DNA of 64,000 nt, taken from NCBI RefSeq assembly GCF_963921235.1, contig NC_086104.1:102858001-102922000 (forward strand), given 5' to 3'. Below the pieces are notes generated by a model. The model did not search any database and was not told where the DNA came from. It was given only the letters and a program-made list of their open reading frames with translations. Positions 1-12,929 of this stretch are shown piece after piece; the first letter of the stretch is position 1, and every line of letters starts with the position of its first letter. A program made the position numbers and the translations under genes. This DNA comes from Mobula hypostoma (Eukaryota).

Positions 1-1505
1 TAAAAACCAAGAGAAGGCAATGGAAAACACAATAACAAGACAAAAAGATGAAATATAAAGGTAAGCTAGACAGTGATATAAAAAAGGACACCAAATGTTT
101 CTTTCAGAAACAAGAAGGCTAAAGAGGTGAGAGTGATTATCGGACCACTAGGAAATGACACTGGTGAGGTAGCAAGGGGATCAAACAAATGTTGGGTGAC
201 CGAAAACAGTATTTTGCATCAGTCTTCATTGTGAAGAACACCAGCGGAAAACCAGAAATTCGAGTGTCGGGGCAAAAGTGAGTGCAGTTGCTATTACTAA
301 GGAGAAGCTGCTTGGGAAGCTGCAAGGTCTGAAGGTACAAAGGTCACCTGGACCAGATGGACAACACCACGGGTATTGTGCCCTCGCTCAAGAGTTTTCC
401 GCATTTTCTCGATCTAGACAGAGATAACTCCAGTCTCGATGTAGCTGTACTTGAAGGTGATTTCGTTATTCACCAATGTGTTACAGAATGCAAGGAGCTG
501 GTGTAAAAAGACAGTATTTCTCAGTACTCTAATGGAAGACAGATTCAAATATTGATTAAAATTCCTTCAACTTCTAACAAGTGCATCTAACTACGAAATG
601 AAAGGTACAAACAATATAAAATGGCTGCCCTGATGATGAAATCTAATTGCCTAACAATACGATAATAAACAATCAACAACAGCTGTGAGCCCACGAGAAA
701 GCAGTGAGATCTAGTAATGAGAAATAAAATAACAATCCAAACTAGGCACAACATAACAATTGGGTTTAGAAAAAGTGTAGCTGAAGAGATTATGGAGGCA
801 TTACTAATGATCTATTAAACATTACTATTTTCTGGCATGTTCTACAGTACTGGAAATGGGAAATTTACTCCAGTCTTTAAGAAGGGAGGGAGGCAAAAGA
901 AATAATATTATAGGTCAGATAGCCTGACCTCAGTGTTTGGAAAGATGTTAGAGTCAATTATTAAGAATGAGGTTTCAGGGTACTGGGGTGGGGGGGGGGG
1001 GTTGGAAATTGAGGCATACAAGACGTAGGGTTGGGTGTAGTAGATTGTTCCAGAGATGGGGAGGGAGGTGGGTGGGGTTGAGGATCCAGAGGAGGTTCAG
1101 AAGAACATTTCCAGGGCTGAAAGGGTTAATGTATAAGGAGCGGTGTATGGCTCTGGGCCTGTATGTGCTGAAGTTTAGAAGAATGAGGGGAATCTCCAAT
1201 ATTGAAAGGCCAACAGTGGATGTAGAAATAATGTTCCCTATAGTGGGGGAAATTCAGCACCAGACAGCGCAGCTTCAAAATAGAGGGAGGTCCCTTCAGA
1301 ATAGATATAAGGAAGAATTTCTTTAGCCAGCGTGTTGTGTATGTATCTGTCAAATTCTTTGCCACGGACGGCCGGAAATGAAGGGTTATGGGGAGAAGGC
1401 AGGGGAACGGAATTGAGAAGGATCATAATCAACTATGATGGAACGGCAGAGCAAATATGATGGGCTGAATGACCTAATTGTGCTCCTCTGTCTTAAGGTC
1501 ATGGT
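1..1505 (+). mobile_element. Degenerate CR1-type LINE ORF2/3' fragments, interrupted by an unclassified insertion at ~375-760
   Basis: Decayed CR1 motifs (YFASVF, SPGPDG, ALGLY..FRRMRG) and a CR1-like 3' UTR; many stops and deletions. Confidence 0.8.
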
Positions 1506-3119
1506 TATTCAACATGATCGTAGCTGATCCACGCTGAATCCAATTTGTGTGCCTGTTCCCCACCCCTCAGTTCCTCACTCCCTTAAATAGTTATCTAACT
1601 CCACTTCAAATATTCCCAATGACCCGGTCTCCCCACCCTCAGGGGCACAGAATCCCACAGATTGTTCACTCACACATAGAATCCCAGAATTCCAACCCCT
1701 GTCCATGGCTCTCTCACTGGTGGAGAGAGATGGCCTATCAAGATGCACAACAGATCTCCTATCAGCCCCCTTAGGATTGTATGTGACTATACACTAAATC
1801 CTGGCCCAAACTGTCTCCTCTCTGCTGGTAAATCATCCCAGGAATTTTCCTGATGAATCACCTCTGGACTGACTCCAATGTTACTCTTATTGTTTCTTCT
1901 AGCTCAGGGAACAAAACCATGCACAGAATTCCAGATGAGTCCTCACCAACACTGTGTACATTGGGAACTACACCGCCCCGTTCCTAAACTCCACTCCCTG
2001 TGCAGTAAAGGCCAGAGAGCCGTCTGCTGTCTGAACCACTTGATGCAGAATCACAATGTCATCATCAGATTTCCTTCCACTGTCTCTGTGTCATCAGGAG
2101 ACTTGGACATCTCACATCTCGTTCCCTCCTTATGGTCATTAAACAGTGAACAACTGTGGCCAAGAACTGATCCCTAGACAATTCCAAAAGTTACCTCCTT
2201 CCAGTCTGAAATCGACCCACTTATTCCAGCCACTCATAAAACACCGGGGAGCTCAGTGGGTTAGGAAGTGTCTCTGGAGAGGAATAGACAGTGGACAAAA
2301 TCATTGTGTCACCTTTTCTCATTTAGGAAATCACTTTGTTCAACATCCTGTGGTTCTGACTGTCTGCCACTGAGACCACGTTTGTTTTCTGTTTTCTCAT
2401 AAGGATGTACTGAGTAACAAGCGACCAGTGGCATTCACACCACACAGAGTCAATCTCCAACGAGAAAGCATCGTCACCTACTCTTGAGGGCCAATGGCAT
2501 TGCTGACTCGGAGTTTACCACCATCAAATGTCAGGAGGGTCACAATAATCAGAAAGTCTTCAGAAACAGCAGTGTAAATACAATGTGTTCTTAGTAAATC
2601 TGAGGGACAGGCCCAGAATGTGAGGTGACATGAATGGAGAGAGGCAAACTGAGCCAGGTCATAGATTGGCGAAGGACAGAAATGACCCATTCTGATGCAG
2701 AGAGAAGGCAGAGAATTTGAGATTGTTCTCAGATGACTGAACTGTGTCCAGTGAGAAGATACAGTGTTGTTCCTCCAAATTGTGTTGAGCCTCACTGCAA
2801 CACTATGACATTAGACGCCACCATAGAGACTAAAATTATCTCAAATAAATGTTGTCCTTCATCCACAGCCATCCATTGTAAACCTTTTACAAGGTATAAA
2901 AGGCAAGTGATTTGTGTATGGGTACCTCAAACACAACAGCTCGTCAGTTCTGCTGTGTCTGTCAGTTCATCAGCATTTGAATGCCACCGATCCCTGAATG
3001 CGGAGAAGGAGATGTTTGGAAGACAGCACACCAATCATAGCATGAAGAACCCAAGTACTTGTACATGTCCGTGATCTGAGATGGTAAATTCCCAGGGAGT
3101 TTATAGCAGTGAGATGTCA

Positions 3120-3390
3120 ATCACTGGTTCTCAGTTTGCAAGGGATTGACTGGACCATCACACCTGCAAATACACCAGCAAGTTCACACTGGGGATAGAC
3201 CATTAACCATTAACATGGCCTGTTCCATGTGTGCAAAGAGATTCATTCCATTAACTCACCTTGTGATGCTCCAGTGAGTTCACAATAAGTAGAGGCCACT
3301 CTTCTGTCCTGAGTGAGCAAAGAGATTTACTCAACCATCACATTTGCTTAACAGCAGCAACTTCCCATCATGGAGAAAGTTCAAATAAAC
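3120..3390 (+). pseudogene. Decayed C2H2 zinc-finger gene remnant (about 3 fingers)
   Basis: Manual translation gives [22 protein letters not shown], then [21 protein letters not shown], then CPE*AKRFTQPSHL. These have TGEKP-like linkers with stops and frameshifts. AATAAA at ~3588. Confidence 0.7.
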
Positions 3391-4254
3391 TGTATGTTAA
3401 ATTTTTAACCATTGTGGTGGCTGAATCCAGTTACTAGTTCATGACTGATTGTTAACGTCTGATTCTGCAGATATTGTGGCTCCTCAGCACTCCTAGATTT
3501 GAACCCTGATCATTGGGAATGGGAGAATTTTTGTCTACTGATATTAATCTTTAATGCAACTGGAGTTTAATATTGTGGATCTGTGACAAATAAATCAGTT
3601 CTATTTCAAATCCTGTGTCTCAGGTTTTCACTGTCCCTGGCACAGGCCCAATGTACAGTAGAGAGGCCACTCAGTCCAACTGGTCCCTGCCTGTGTTTCT
3701 GTTCCATATCAGTCCTTTTACATCCATCCCTGCTGTTCACCTCTCACACTCCCTGTGATGACAGGGTGCAACTGGTCAGCACTCTGTGGGGAAAGAGGAT
3801 TCCCTTGTATTCCCTGCTTGATTTTCTCCAGACTGAATAACACTATGAGCTCACTGTGGTTTTGCCCCAGACATTCCTTGTTCCTCAGGATTATGGACCA
3901 AAGAGGAATGTTGTGTGTGGTTAAAGTCCTCTCCACCCCGCCCCCCCCCCCCGTTCAACGTTATGGGTAATTTTCACTGATTTCAAAGAACTGTGCCTCA
4001 CACAGCTTGGTTGTTGAACACACCACTCTCTTCTAAGGTATGAGAGCAGAACGGTGGGCAAATCTTCAATGGAGCAGAGCCAGAAACCAATGGGGGGGTG
4101 GAGGGGGCAGCACCAGACAGGACTTTGGGGATCCAGAAAGTAGTGGAGCTTAGAGTTTGCAGGGAGGAGGAGGAGCAGGGAGTCAGACTAGGAGGATGTG
4201 GCTACAAATGAAAGATCAGAAACATGTGGAAACTAATTGACTGAAAAACTGTTT

Positions 4255-4455
4255 ATTTCTGCAAAAATGCTGGAGGAACTGAGCGTGTCAGGGAGCATCT
4301 AACGAAAGGAATAAACTGTCGACGTTTTGGGCCGAGACACCCCGCTCCCCAGTGCCTAGAGAGTCTAATCTGTTGCTTAGATACTGCCTGAGCTGCCGAG
4401 TTCCTGCTGCACTTTGTGTGTTGCTCTATATTTCCAGTATCTGCAGAATCTGTTC
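4255..4455. repeat. Two oppositely oriented Penelope-like terminal-repeat tails
   Basis: aaaaatgctggaggaactgagc...gtcgacgttttgggccgagac (minus) followed by ctgcctgagctgccgagttcct...tttgtgtgttgc...atctgcag (plus); same family as 34063-34160. Confidence 0.6.
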
Positions 4456-4554
4456 GGCCTTACTGTATATCTGCATTTGGAAGTGGATGGGATTTTGACA
4501 TTGGACACACAGAGTACTTGTTTATATTGAATACATTGTTTGTGGGAGGTTGCT

Positions 4555-4715
4555 NNNNNNNNNNNNNNNNNNNNNNNNNNNNNNNNNNNNNNNNNNNNNN
4601 NNNNNNNNNNNNNNNNNNNNNNNNNNNNNNNNNNNNNNNNNNNNNNNNNNNNNNNNNNNNNNNNNNNNNNNNNNNNNNNNNNNNNNNNNNNNNNNNNNNN
4701 NNNNNNNNNNNNNNN
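4555..4715. other. Run of 161 N (gap or masked sequence)
   Basis: N run. Confidence 0.99.
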
Positions 4716-4959
4716 ACAAAGGGCTCCGGGGAATGGGACCGGGGAGATTTCGGCTGAGGGAATGGGAGCGGGTCTCTCAGAGACTGCTGAGGCCCAGCCG
4801 TCTAAAGCCAGGGATTAAGAACTTGGGGAAAACAAGATCAAAATCCTTCCGTAAGCTTTAGTTCTCGAGAAAATCACCTTTGTTGAACCTCCTCTTGTTC
4901 GGGACCTTTCTACCCATGAGAAAGTGTTTTGTATCATTCTCTCCGGGTACATATGATAT

Positions 4960-5159
4960 TGTAGGTTTTCGCAATATCAGCATGAGGCATTTTATGTTTA
5001 AGAAAAACTGGAACAACTCATTTATTGTACTCCAAACATTGAACACAAAGCGGGGAAACAACACTTCACGTCATTAGATCATTATGTGAGAGCAGTCTCT
5101 TACAATGAACCCAATTCAATGTCGGTGGTTGTGAATTATGCGCGTTTACACCTATGACA
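4960..5159 (-). repeat. 3' LTR of the Gypsy element (TG...CA), preceded on the minus strand by a polypurine tract (~5163-5178)
   Basis: tgtaggttttc...cctatgaca, homologous to 7559-7672; adjacent ccctcccctccccccg. Confidence 0.7.
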
Positions 5160-6449
5160 TTACCCTCCCCTCCCCCCGAAGAATTTCCATTCTCAAACCG
5201 TGCCTCACAAGCTTTAGTAATTTCTGTGAGGCCTTCCAGCCCGGATGTGAGAGACCATGTAAGGAGTTAAAAACAATCTGCCTCCTGTCTGCAGGCGTTA
5301 TGTGGTGAGGGTGACTGGTTGAGGCCCCACACAGGAGAGAAACCCCAGCTTCCCCGAACTTAATGTCAGCCAACCGCATGTCCGTGACTGCTGTTCAGTT
5401 CAGTAAGCCTGGATCTCTGGGTCAGTAACTTGGTCGGTTGCCATTCCTCATAGTCAACCCCCATGTGTATGGCCTCAACAGCTGGCTATATCAGTCGTGA
5501 ACTTGGATACTAGGGCAGGTGGCATTGCTGCCGTGCAGACCAAGGGTCTGATGTTTTGGCCGTGGTGTGTACGAGGGGATTGTGGTCCACGAACGCTGTG
5601 AAATGGCGACCCTATAGAAGAAAACGAAAATGGCGGCAGCCAGATAGACACCGAGAATCTCAAGGTCGGACGTGCGATACTTCCCTTCGAGGGGATGGAG
5701 CTGGTAGCTGAAGAAGGCAAGTGGGTGCCACACAGTTCTGACCAACTGTTCGTGCACAGCACCTACAGCCCAGTCTGAAGCGTCAGTGCTAGTGGCTGTA
5801 GGTGCAATGGGGAGCCAGTAGGGTCGTATTGAAAAGAGCTTGTTTGGTTTCATCAGATGCCCCGGTCATGTCTGACCAGTCAAGCATGTGATGAAGGTAT
5901 TGCCTTTAAGTGCCCTATATATAGGTGGAGCACGAATTCAGCAGGTCACAGAATGCCGCAGTGATAGATATTCACCATACCTAAAATCTGTAGTTTTTTA
6001 GTAGTGTGAGATGGTGGGAAATCCATAATAGGAGTTACTTTTGATGGGAGGGGTATTGCACCTTTTATGGAGGTGTGCGATGCCCGAGAAAGTCAATGAT
6101 TGACAACTCAAACTGGCATTTTACCAGGGTTAATAAACAACCCCTATAGGCTTAAGTGCTTGAAAAGGGTGCAGAGATGAGATATATGTTTGGATTTGAA
6201 TGCACTGGCGACAAGTATGTCTTCCAGGTGAACAAAAAGTAAGTCAGAGTCCATCAGCCATTGGAATGTCTGTGCTGCATTTTTCAGCCCAAACAGCATG
6301 CACAGAAACTCAAAGAAGCTAAACGGGATTATCACAGCCATTTTGGGAGTGTCTTCTGAGCACGCGGGCACCTGATGGTGGCCCCTAAATAAGTGGAAAG
6401 GACTTTAGATAAAAAATAACTTTCCAGCTAAATGTGCTGAAAAGTCTTC

Positions 6450-7140
6450 GGAGTGATGCAGCTAGGCAGAATGCTCTCTATGGCACATCGGTAGAAATTT
6501 GTGAGTGTTTTAGTTGACAAACCAAATCTCAAACTCCTAAAGAAATATAGTCACTCTCTTGCCTTCTTTATAGCTGTAGCAGTATGTTGCATCCAGGTTC
6601 GGTCCTCAGAAATATTGATACCCAGCAACTTGAAATTGCTCACTCTCTCCACTTCTGAACCCTCTGTGAGGATTGGTTCGTTTTCTCTCATCTTAGCCTT
6701 TCTGAAGGCCACAAGGCCTTTTGGTCTTGCTGGCATTGAGTGCAAGGTTGTTCAACTAAGTGGTATATCTCTCTCTCGTACGCCTTCTCGTCACCATCTG
6801 AAATTCTGCCAACAATAGATGTGTTGTCAGCAAATGTATAGATGACACTTGAGCTATGCCTAACTACATAGTCATGGATGTAGAGAGAGTCGAGCAGTGG
6901 GCTAAGTAGACATCCCTAAGGAGTGCCAGTGTTGATCGTCAGTGAGGTGGGGATGTTATTTCCAATCTGCACAGATTGTGGTCTTCCAGTGAGGAAGTCG
7001 AGGATCCAGTTGCAGAGGAAGGTACAGAGGTCAGTTTCTGGAGCTTTTCCATCAGAACTGTAGGAACAATGGTGTTAAATACAGAACTATAGTCAACACA
7101 GCAGCATCCTGACATAGGTATTTGCATTGTCTAGGTGATC
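6450..7140 (-). mobile_element. Rex1/Babar-like LINE RT fragment nested in the Gypsy element
   Basis: [17 protein letters not shown] and NFKLLGINISEDRTW..AIKKA motifs. Confidence 0.65.
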
Positions 7141-7543
7141 TGGCATCCTGCAGCTGCGGGCGTTCTTAGGTTTGAGGCCTTGCTGGCCGGGCTTATTGGG
7201 GCAGGGAAAGGAGGAGTGTTGATGCACCTCTGCCTGGCTTAGTGTAAACGATGAGCTATTTTAGCAAGCTCCCTATAGTCCTTCAGGGGTGCATTAACGA
7301 GGGCTATGCGCACTTGATCAGACATTTGCTGCATGAAGAGTTCTTTAAAAAAACAAGCATGGTGATTTTCCAGGAGAGACAGCATGTGATCCATTAGCTC
7401 TGACAGCTGAGCATCACTGAGGCAGGGTAAGGAGTGCAACTGTCTGATGTGCTCAGACACCGATAGTGGAAAAGGTGAGTATTCAACTATCGATGTTTAT
7501 CATGTTCAGTCGGGTGTTCAGTAACTCTGGAAACATCTTAGGG

Positions 7544-7672
7544 CATCGGGATCACCAATGTAGGTTTTCACAAATAAAACGGAGTGAAGCATTTTATATT
7601 TAAGCAAAACCTTAACTCAGTTATTGAACTCCAAATACTGAACATAAAGCTCAGTAACAGAACTTCATGTAA
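7544..7672 (-). repeat. Primer-binding site (7544-7557, tRNA-Trp-like) and truncated 5' LTR (7559-~7672)
   Basis: Minus strand reads ...TACA-T-TGGTGATCCCGATG, two mismatches to TGGTGACCCCGACG (complement of the tRNA-Trp 3' end); LTR begins tgtaggttttc as at 4960. Confidence 0.7.
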
Positions 7673-7689
7673 TCCTTCTGTGTTTTAAG

Positions 7690-8455
7690 GTCTTATGGTC
7701 CTGGATGTATGTGAAACATTCTATGTCTAATCCTTTCACACAGAGGTGATCTGGTTAATTTTGGGGGAGTTGAAATGCCTGACTGGTGTAACCCAATTCC
7801 CATTACACCTCTGTGTGATTTACCAACATACCTGCTCCTCAATCTCCCAACAGCTGCTGGGAGACTAACAGTATAATTTCAGCAATGTGTATGATATTTT
7901 ATTTATTCCTAAACTCCACTCACACAGCATCCTGTGAAGAACCTTCTGAGACGTCGTTCCTCATTACAGTAGCGACGGTCTCCTTGATCAATAATGCAAC
8001 ATTCCTCCCTCCCCCTCTTTTACATCCTTCCCTGTCACATGTGAACCTTCTACACCTGGAGTGGGGAGTCTCCAGTCCTGCCCAGTTTTCACTTACAGAG
8101 TCAGAGTTGCACAGGACAGAAACTGGCCCTTCGGCCCAACTCATCCATTCTGACTAAGATGTCTACCTGTGTGAGTCCCATTTGTCAGTCTTTGGCCCAT
8201 TCTCTCTAAACCTCTCCTATCCATGTGCCTGTACAAAGACCCGTTAAACATCATAACTGTACTCTCCTCTGCAGCTTCCTTTGGCTGCTGGTACCATATA
8301 CCCACCACCCTCTGTGTCGAAAATGTTGTTCCTCGGGTCCCTTTTGAGTCTCTTCCCTTTTACATGATGTTCTCCAGTTTTAGACTCCCCTAAACCTTCT
8401 GCCCCATTCCAGCTTAACGTTGTTCTTCCTATAAGCGGGTGACCAGAACTGCAGA
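7690..8455 (-). mobile_element. Old CR1 fragments (endonuclease region and 3' end)
   Basis: DREGCKRGGG..VALLIKET motif; CR1 3' UTR remnants. Confidence 0.6.
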
Positions 8456-8995
8456 AATGCAGACCAGTGCTGAGGTAACAGTAGCTGGGGGTGGAGATTT
8501 CAAAGACAGGGTTCTCTCATTTCTGAGGAGTGAGGGGAAAGAGTGGTCGGATTTGGAATGTCTAATTAGTCCAGGTCGCCCGGTGAGGAGTGAGAATTCT
8601 GAGTTAGTATCCGCCCTTACTTCTCTGGCGAATAAATGGAAAAATGAGTTTCGAAGTCCCAGCTACGGTAGGCTCCGTCTATTCTCTGGAATAATGCCCA
8701 CCCCTGAAGGGGAGGAGCAGTATGAGACTTGGGCAGAGCAGACCTCTCAGTGTTTAGATGAGGGGCAGTGTTCTGACGATGAAAACTGACAGAGATAGTT
8801 TGAAAGTTTGAATGGGCGTGCCGCTGATGTTGTGAGAGCCGTCAGGTTGAAATCTCATGTAGCGACAGCTGTCAATTATCTGCAAGCACTGGACAATAGT
8901 TTTGGCCCAACTGGAAGCCCAATGTAGCTCATGGTGGGGTTTCAGAACATGCGTCAGCAGAAGGGGCAGAAGCTTTCTGGTTTTATTTTTCATAG
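8455..8995 (+). mobile_element. Gypsy gag (PNMA-like capsid) fragment
   Basis: YGRLRLFSGIMPTPEGEEQYETWAEQ...ESLNGRAADVVRA resembles Ty3/Gypsy gag and PNMA; contains stops. Confidence 0.7.
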
Positions 8996-9865
8996 GAATG
9001 ACCATCCAGCATGAGAACTTATGGACCTGATACAACTGCCATCAGAAGTTGCTGTATTGAAATGTAAGGGTCACTCTATAATGACCACAATGGAAATCCG
9101 TGGAAATACCTTCGCAAACAAAACTGGAAAAAGAGCAGCAAGAGAAGGAATAAAGGAAATAGAACAAAACCAGATACCTGTAAATGAAACCATGGAGACC
9201 AAGTTAAACTCTGCATCACAAACAAACATACAAGATATTTAAGAAATGCAAGATCAATGCTCAAATGAAGGGAAGTGTTACTGGATGGAAAATGGTGAGT
9301 TGATAAATAACGATGGAGTAAGGAGCTATGGCACTAGTGATAGACTAGTGGCCCCAAATGAACTGCTTCCTCATCTGGCACAGTAGATATACTCCTTGGG
9401 GCACATTGGAGTGTAAAAGATAGTCAACAGATTCTCCCAGTGGTGGTGGATGCAAAGTTCAGGATGCAAGCTCGACAAACAGTTGAAAGGTGTATGACGT
9501 GTCAGAAAACAAACCCCGGATCAACAGAAAAGATACCACGACTCCGGGTTCCTGCCCCACTTGGTTCGTTTTTCCATCTACAAGTGGACTACATTACTTT
9601 ACCAAAGTGCCAAGGATATTCAGATGTGTTAGATGAGTGGACAAATTTCAAGATGGGTGGAAGCCATCCCAGCAAGAAGAGCCACAGAGACAAAACTCCG
9701 ATTAAGGACTATATTTCGAGATGGAGATTGCCATGTCATATTGTCTCTGACCAAGCAACATATTCCACTGGAAATGCTTGTCGAGAATTACATGGACTGA
9801 TGATCATTGAATGGTCTTTTCATTGCTCACATCATCCAGAGTCATCAGGACAAACTGAGACAATG
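8996..9865 (+). mobile_element. Endogenous-retrovirus-like pol fragment (RNase H C-terminus plus integrase), degenerate
   Basis: LPSEVAVLKCKGH...GNTFANKTGKRAA; CMTCQKTNP; HLQVDYITLP; SDQ; HCSHHPESSGQTETM. Confidence 0.7.
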
Positions 9866-9869
9866 AAAG

Positions 9870-11010
9870 GAGGGGCTAAGCGAAGTGATGATGGCGCTAA
9901 ACGGTGACTTCTTTGCTTGCATCTTTGGAAATAGCTCTATTTCTATCTGTGATATCTCTTTTTTTCCCTTTTCAAGGTTCTTTTGAAGACCCTGACCTGG
10001 AGTTACACTCTGACTTTAGTTCTTTGCAGGAAAGAGACCTGCTCTCAGGGCCTCACGACCTGCCACTTTTTGATATCCCAAGGACGTGGCCTGGAAGACC
10101 AGTCTGCCTTCAGGGTGCTGGATTTTCGTGGCTCTGGAGACAGGCTCAGTCAAGGCTGGTACCCCTGACTGAGGCATCACAGGAGAACACAGAACATTAG
10201 GAGCAGCGGATTAGCTGCCATGGGCTGTGTGTCCATAGACCTGAGCCTTTCTGGGACCGACTCTCCGGGCGCAGAGCTTGGAAAAAGTGACACAACAGAC
10301 TTTTAACATCATTAATCAGCGAGTTGTTTGTTATGTCTCTCCTCTCGCTGTGAAACAGGGACACCACTTTTTCCCTTAGGGAGAGAGAGAGAGAGATCTT
10401 GTGGTATGTCTAATTATGGGTGAACGAATAGTCTATGGGGTACTGCAACTCTGTCTTCATTGATGCTTTGCTGCATGCTTGAGTGCTCAGTGAAGAGTGC
10501 CGATGCTCTTTCACTGGTGGGAGAGGAGGTTCATTGCTTTGTTGCTGCTTGTGTGTGCCAGGGGGAGTTGGGGGGCTTTGGGGTTCTAATGTTTAACTGT
10601 CAATCATTCTTTGGGGACTCCTCTGTTTTCATGGATGTTTGTAAAGAAAAAGAATTTTAGTTTGTATATTATACACATTTCTCTGACATTAAATGTACCT
10701 ATTGTAAACCCAGTGGCTCTATTAAATGTCATACACATTTTCTTAATATTTCACCAATACTTTTCTGCAAACGCTTCAATACTTCTGTTTCAGGAGATAA
10801 TTTCAGGCTGTGAACTTCGTTTCATGAACTTTAATTCTGAATACTATTTGTTTACTTATTGTTTGCACGATTTGCTTTTTACACATTGGGTGTTTGAGAG
10901 TCTTTTTTAATGAGTTCTTCTGTGTTTCTTTGCTTTGTAACTGCCTCTAAGGAGATGAATTTCAAGGCTGTAAATAGGATACATACTTTGATAATAGATA
11001 TACTTGGAAG
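9870..11010 (+). repeat. Unclassified interspersed repeat and LINE-like 3' tails
   Basis: The 10750-11010 tail resembles the reverse complement of 12140-12330 and 23935-24150; (GA)n at 10381. Confidence 0.4.
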
Positions 11011-11050
11011 TTTTTTTCTAATTTCATGTCCTTTTGGGGAGTGACAGTTA

Positions 11051-11631
<581 letters not shown>

Positions 11632-11661
11632 AGAGATAAAGCGACAATTTAAAAACCCAAA

Positions 11662-11703
11662 GGCTCTTTTCAGAGCCACTCAGATTGTCTGTGGAAGGGC
11701 TGA
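11662..11703 (+). terminator. Histone 3' stem-loop (11662-11677) and histone downstream element
   Basis: GGCTCTTTTCAGAGCC followed by GTGGAAGGGCTG. Confidence 0.95.
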
Positions 11704-12337
11704 GCACCCGCTGGGTGAGTCTGGGGATTTCCGTTCTGGGTGTCTGCCACAGACTCGGTCGAAATCGCTTTTCCTCCCCTGAAGAAAAAACAAACTGCAT
11801 TATTTCTCCTCGGAACACTCTCCTTCAACCCGGACTCCCTCCTACACCCGAATTGTCTCTTTTTATCGAAAATGTATTTTCTTCCGCCATCGTCAGCACT
11901 TCCGGGATGATTCCAGAGTGGCGCTTGAATAGAGGTAAAGCGCGCAATCTGATTGGTGAGTGAAAACGCCCAATCAGACGGCGGCCTCAGTCACCAATGA
12001 ACAGGCGGCAGCAGGGAAAGACATCGTGTAATGTGTGCGTCCATAGCAAAATATTTTTATAGAACAGGCCAAAGCTAAATAAATGTGTGAATATGAGATG
12101 TTTCACGATCCTGATCCATTTAAACTATGTTGCCCAAAAGTTTAATATTCAAAGTTTATTTATCAAATATGTACACCGTACACAACCTTGAACTTCATCT
12201 TCTTATAGGCACCCATAAAGTAAGAAAACAATATAATCCATGAAAATCCACACACCGTCAAACTAGCAATGTGCAGAAGAGGGCAAATCGTGGAAATAAT
12301 TTAAAATTAATACACAGGATACACAGAAATAATACAT

Positions 12338-12929
12338 AGTAGAAACATAGAAAATAGGTGCAGGAGTAGGCCATTCGGCCCTTCGAGCCTGCACCGCCAT
12401 TTATTATGATCATGGCTGATCATCCAACTCAGAACCCAGCCTTCCCTCCATACCCCCTGACCCCTGTAGCCACAAGGGCCATATCCAACTTCCTTTTAAA
12501 CATAGCTAATGAACTGGCCTCAACAGTTTGCTGTGGCAGAGAATTCCACAGATTCACCACTCTCTGTGTGAAGAAGTTTTTCCTAATCTCGGTCCTGAAA
12601 GGCTTCCCCTCTATCCTCAAACTGTGACCCCTCGTTCTGGACCTCCCCAACATCGGGAACAATCTTCCCGCATCTAGCCTGTCCAATCCCTTTAGGATCT
12701 TATACGTTTCAATCAGATCCCCCCTCAATCTTCTAAATTCCAACGAGTACAAGCCCAGTTCATCCAGTCTTTCTTCATATGAAAGACCTGCCATCCCAGG
12801 AATCAATCTGGTGAACCTTCTTTGTACTCCCTCTATGGCAAAGATGTCTTTCCTCAGATTAGGGGACCAAAACTGCACACAATACTCCAGGTGTGGTCTC
12901 ACCAAGGCCTTGTACAACTGCAGTAGTAC
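12338..12929 (-). mobile_element. Young 5'-truncated CR1 with (TTTCTATG)n tail
   Basis: Open RT C-terminus (LYKALVRPHLEYCVQFWSP...); nearly identical to 24521-25125. Confidence 0.92.

Larger units (their letters stand above)
4960..7672 (-). mobile_element. Internally deleted, degenerate Ty3/Gypsy LTR retrotransposon
   Basis: gag-like ORF 7239-7460; RT motifs FGLKNAAQTFQ and HLEDILVAS; RNase H motif TDASDWAVGAV...WHPLAFFS; integrase Zn-binding HGLSHPG; two related LTRs, PBS and PPT. Confidence 0.85.

Noticed and set aside
8439-8789. Domesticated PNMA gene
   Set aside because: In-frame stops follow and there is no gene structure; a decayed gag is more parsimonious.
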